A DNA stretch of 64,000 nt from Lingula anatina (lineage: Eukaryota > Animalia > Brachiopoda). The notes under the pieces were generated by a model. The model was not told where the DNA came from and did not search any database. It saw nothing but the letters and a program-made list of their open reading frames with translations. The stretch spans positions 60,986,788 to 61,050,787 of the forward strand of contig CM120640.1 of NCBI GenBank assembly GCA_051362555.1, read 5' to 3'. The position numbers and the translations under genes are program-made. Each line of letters starts with the position of its first letter. The first letter of the stretch is position 1. Positions 61,801 through 64,000 of this stretch are shown here, piece by piece.

Positions 61801-64000
61801 TTTCTTTAAAATACTGCTCCTCATTTGATTTTTTTTTCTGCAAAGACCTTCCAATATATATAACTCAACATAATAGCTGACTTATAAATACCTATAATTC
61901 AGATATTCACTTCTTTTGTACAAATCACCATTTCCAACGTATGGATTCATAGCGATTTCACTGTATATGTACACCAACACAGTATGTACAATCAGAAATT
62001 AGTTATCACATTAACTTGTGATGCTTACATCATTAATACATCAACATACAATCTATACCACATAAGTAAATATTTGTTTACACAAACAAAAGACAATACA
62101 CTGAATAAATATATTATACAAGTATCTCTTTTCAAATTCTGTTCTACACCACAGATGACCAAATGTGATTTCAAAATTCATTTACTTAATTACACTTTAA
62201 TTTCAAATAGCTTATTTGCACTTAGAGAATGTCTTCCATAATGAAAGAACTGGTATACCACACCAAGGGATGTAAAGGTGGAAAGAAATGCACTATTAAG
62301 AAGTAAAGGATAGCTGACGAAAAAGAGACTTCAGTTTCTTGTCAAATTCCTTCAATCATAAATATCAGTTAATTACTTGGTATATACACCTGCTGCCAAT
62401 TGTAAAATATGAATATAACCTTGCAATTTTACAGGATAAGATTAATTTGATTGTCTTCAAGTTTAACCAAAGTAAAGAAAACATCACAAACAAGAAAAAA
62501 TGCATTACCTGAATGAATAAGCAGTGATTAAACTGATGAAATAATTTATCTAGAAAATTGGCATCCGCTGACAGTTGCTACTAATGAAAATTGTATGATA
62601 ATATAGGCAATCAGTTGTACATGTTAAATGTTTTCTTTTTTAGGATACCCACTGAGCAGCCAAGACCACACATGTTCAATCTAAATAGGACAAGCACATA
62701 TTTAATTGGATATTAGAGAATTCCACACAACCTTAACTTGGTTAATGAACTGAGGTCTGCCTATACAACATAAGGAAATTTTCTTAAAGTATGAAAACAT
62801 TTCTAAATCACAAAAAATTCCCCAGCAGATATCAATAGAGATTACTAGTTCTCTACAACTAACATGCATGGCAAAAATTTAGTGCTCTCTATCATTTGAC
62901 ATCAATGAATATGTTATATATCTGTCACATTAAAGAAAACTGACAGCATTTAAAATACAATGTTTTATACTCTCCTAACGCAAGGGTAATGCATTCAATG
63001 TATTGGCTTTGAAAATTGTTCACATTGTTGCACATGTATGGTAGAATAACGTGGCAAAGACATTTGAATAGCTCGTTTCTCATTCATTTGACCAAACTTA
63101 TTGATGTGTATACAAAGCAAGCCATGCACTCACTGGGTTGTAACATAATTCAAAATGATTTGATCTGGTAAGTATATAGTATCTCTTCTGTGCCAAACTT
63201 TGAATAAATCCTCAATATGAGAAATATAAATGTACAAAAATAGTCTGAATGATATCATATAAATAATGAGGAATAACTAAAACACATAATTTATGAACAA
63301 AAAAGAGTTGTATTCATATAGCTAATACATAACACATATACTATATTTAACTGAGGTCATTTTGTTTCATTATGGGGAAAATAAAGGTTTAACAAGCAAG
63401 AGAAATGCAAAATGAATGAAGAGAATTTATATTAAAAACAGTAGTGCCAATGCATTAAGATAATTCATTTTTCCCTTTTCTTGTTATCCTAAATCACATT
63501 CCTTGACAACACAATATAATTGCCAAATCCAAACAAAACAATCATAGTTGCATAGTAAAAATTATGCAGTTCATTATGAAAAAGATTAAAACCATGATTT
63601 TATCATAATTGTCAAGTAAGTAATCAGTGTCATAATAAGGCAAAGGGCAAAAAGTGTACTTAAATAAGAGATCGTAATTTAAGCATTTGCACAATAATTT
63701 GAAATTTTGGCACATTTTCCCCATTTCAGATTGCACAGAAAATATATGGATGATTTAACAACAACCTACACAATACATATTCACACTGTTGTGAGAAAAT
63801 ATACATGGTAGCATCTCTATTTCTTCTGATTTATTACAAGAAACAGCCTGGACTTTCCTTCTTCTTTCCTGCCATTTTCTTTTAACTCGTGGCAATGTTC
63901 TGTGTGGAGTGATGCTGAAGCTAAGAAATGTTAGTTCAACCACCACCCACCAAAGAAAAGAGTTAGTGTCACCCACTCACCAAAGCAAGTACAGTGGTAG

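Noticed and set aside
63755-63976. 73-aa minus-strand ORF at the window end
   Set aside because: Non-ATG start, no recognisable domain, and it cannot be tied to furin exons without upstream sequence.

Overview
AT-rich, intron-containing animal genomic DNA from an invertebrate (a lophotrochozoan such as a mollusc is my guess; not provable here). Splicing by hand (GT-AG, phases checked) gives, left to right: the 5' part of a C10orf88/PAAT homolog (-), a cofactor-dependent phosphoglycerate mutase that looks more bacterial GpmA-type than animal PGAM-type (+), a ZNF532/592/687-family zinc-finger gene (-), two tandem JmjC (Cupin_8-type) genes with signal peptide, EF-hand and C-terminal HEEL (+), GKAP1 (-), COPE (+), two tandem divergent two-Ig-domain genes with GPI-anchor-like tails (+), and the last exon of a furin-like convertase (-). 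Three gene pairs are head-to-head. Introns hold several MITE-like inverted-repeat elements, a higher-order 20-bp minisatellite and microsatellites. The best novelty candidates are the putative ER-luminal JmjC oxygenase pair with exon-restricted gene conversion, the bacterial-like dPGM, and the GPI-anchored Ig pair in a CpG-retaining domain. No rRNA, tRNA or CRISPR was seen. All homology calls come from remembered family sequences, not database searches.
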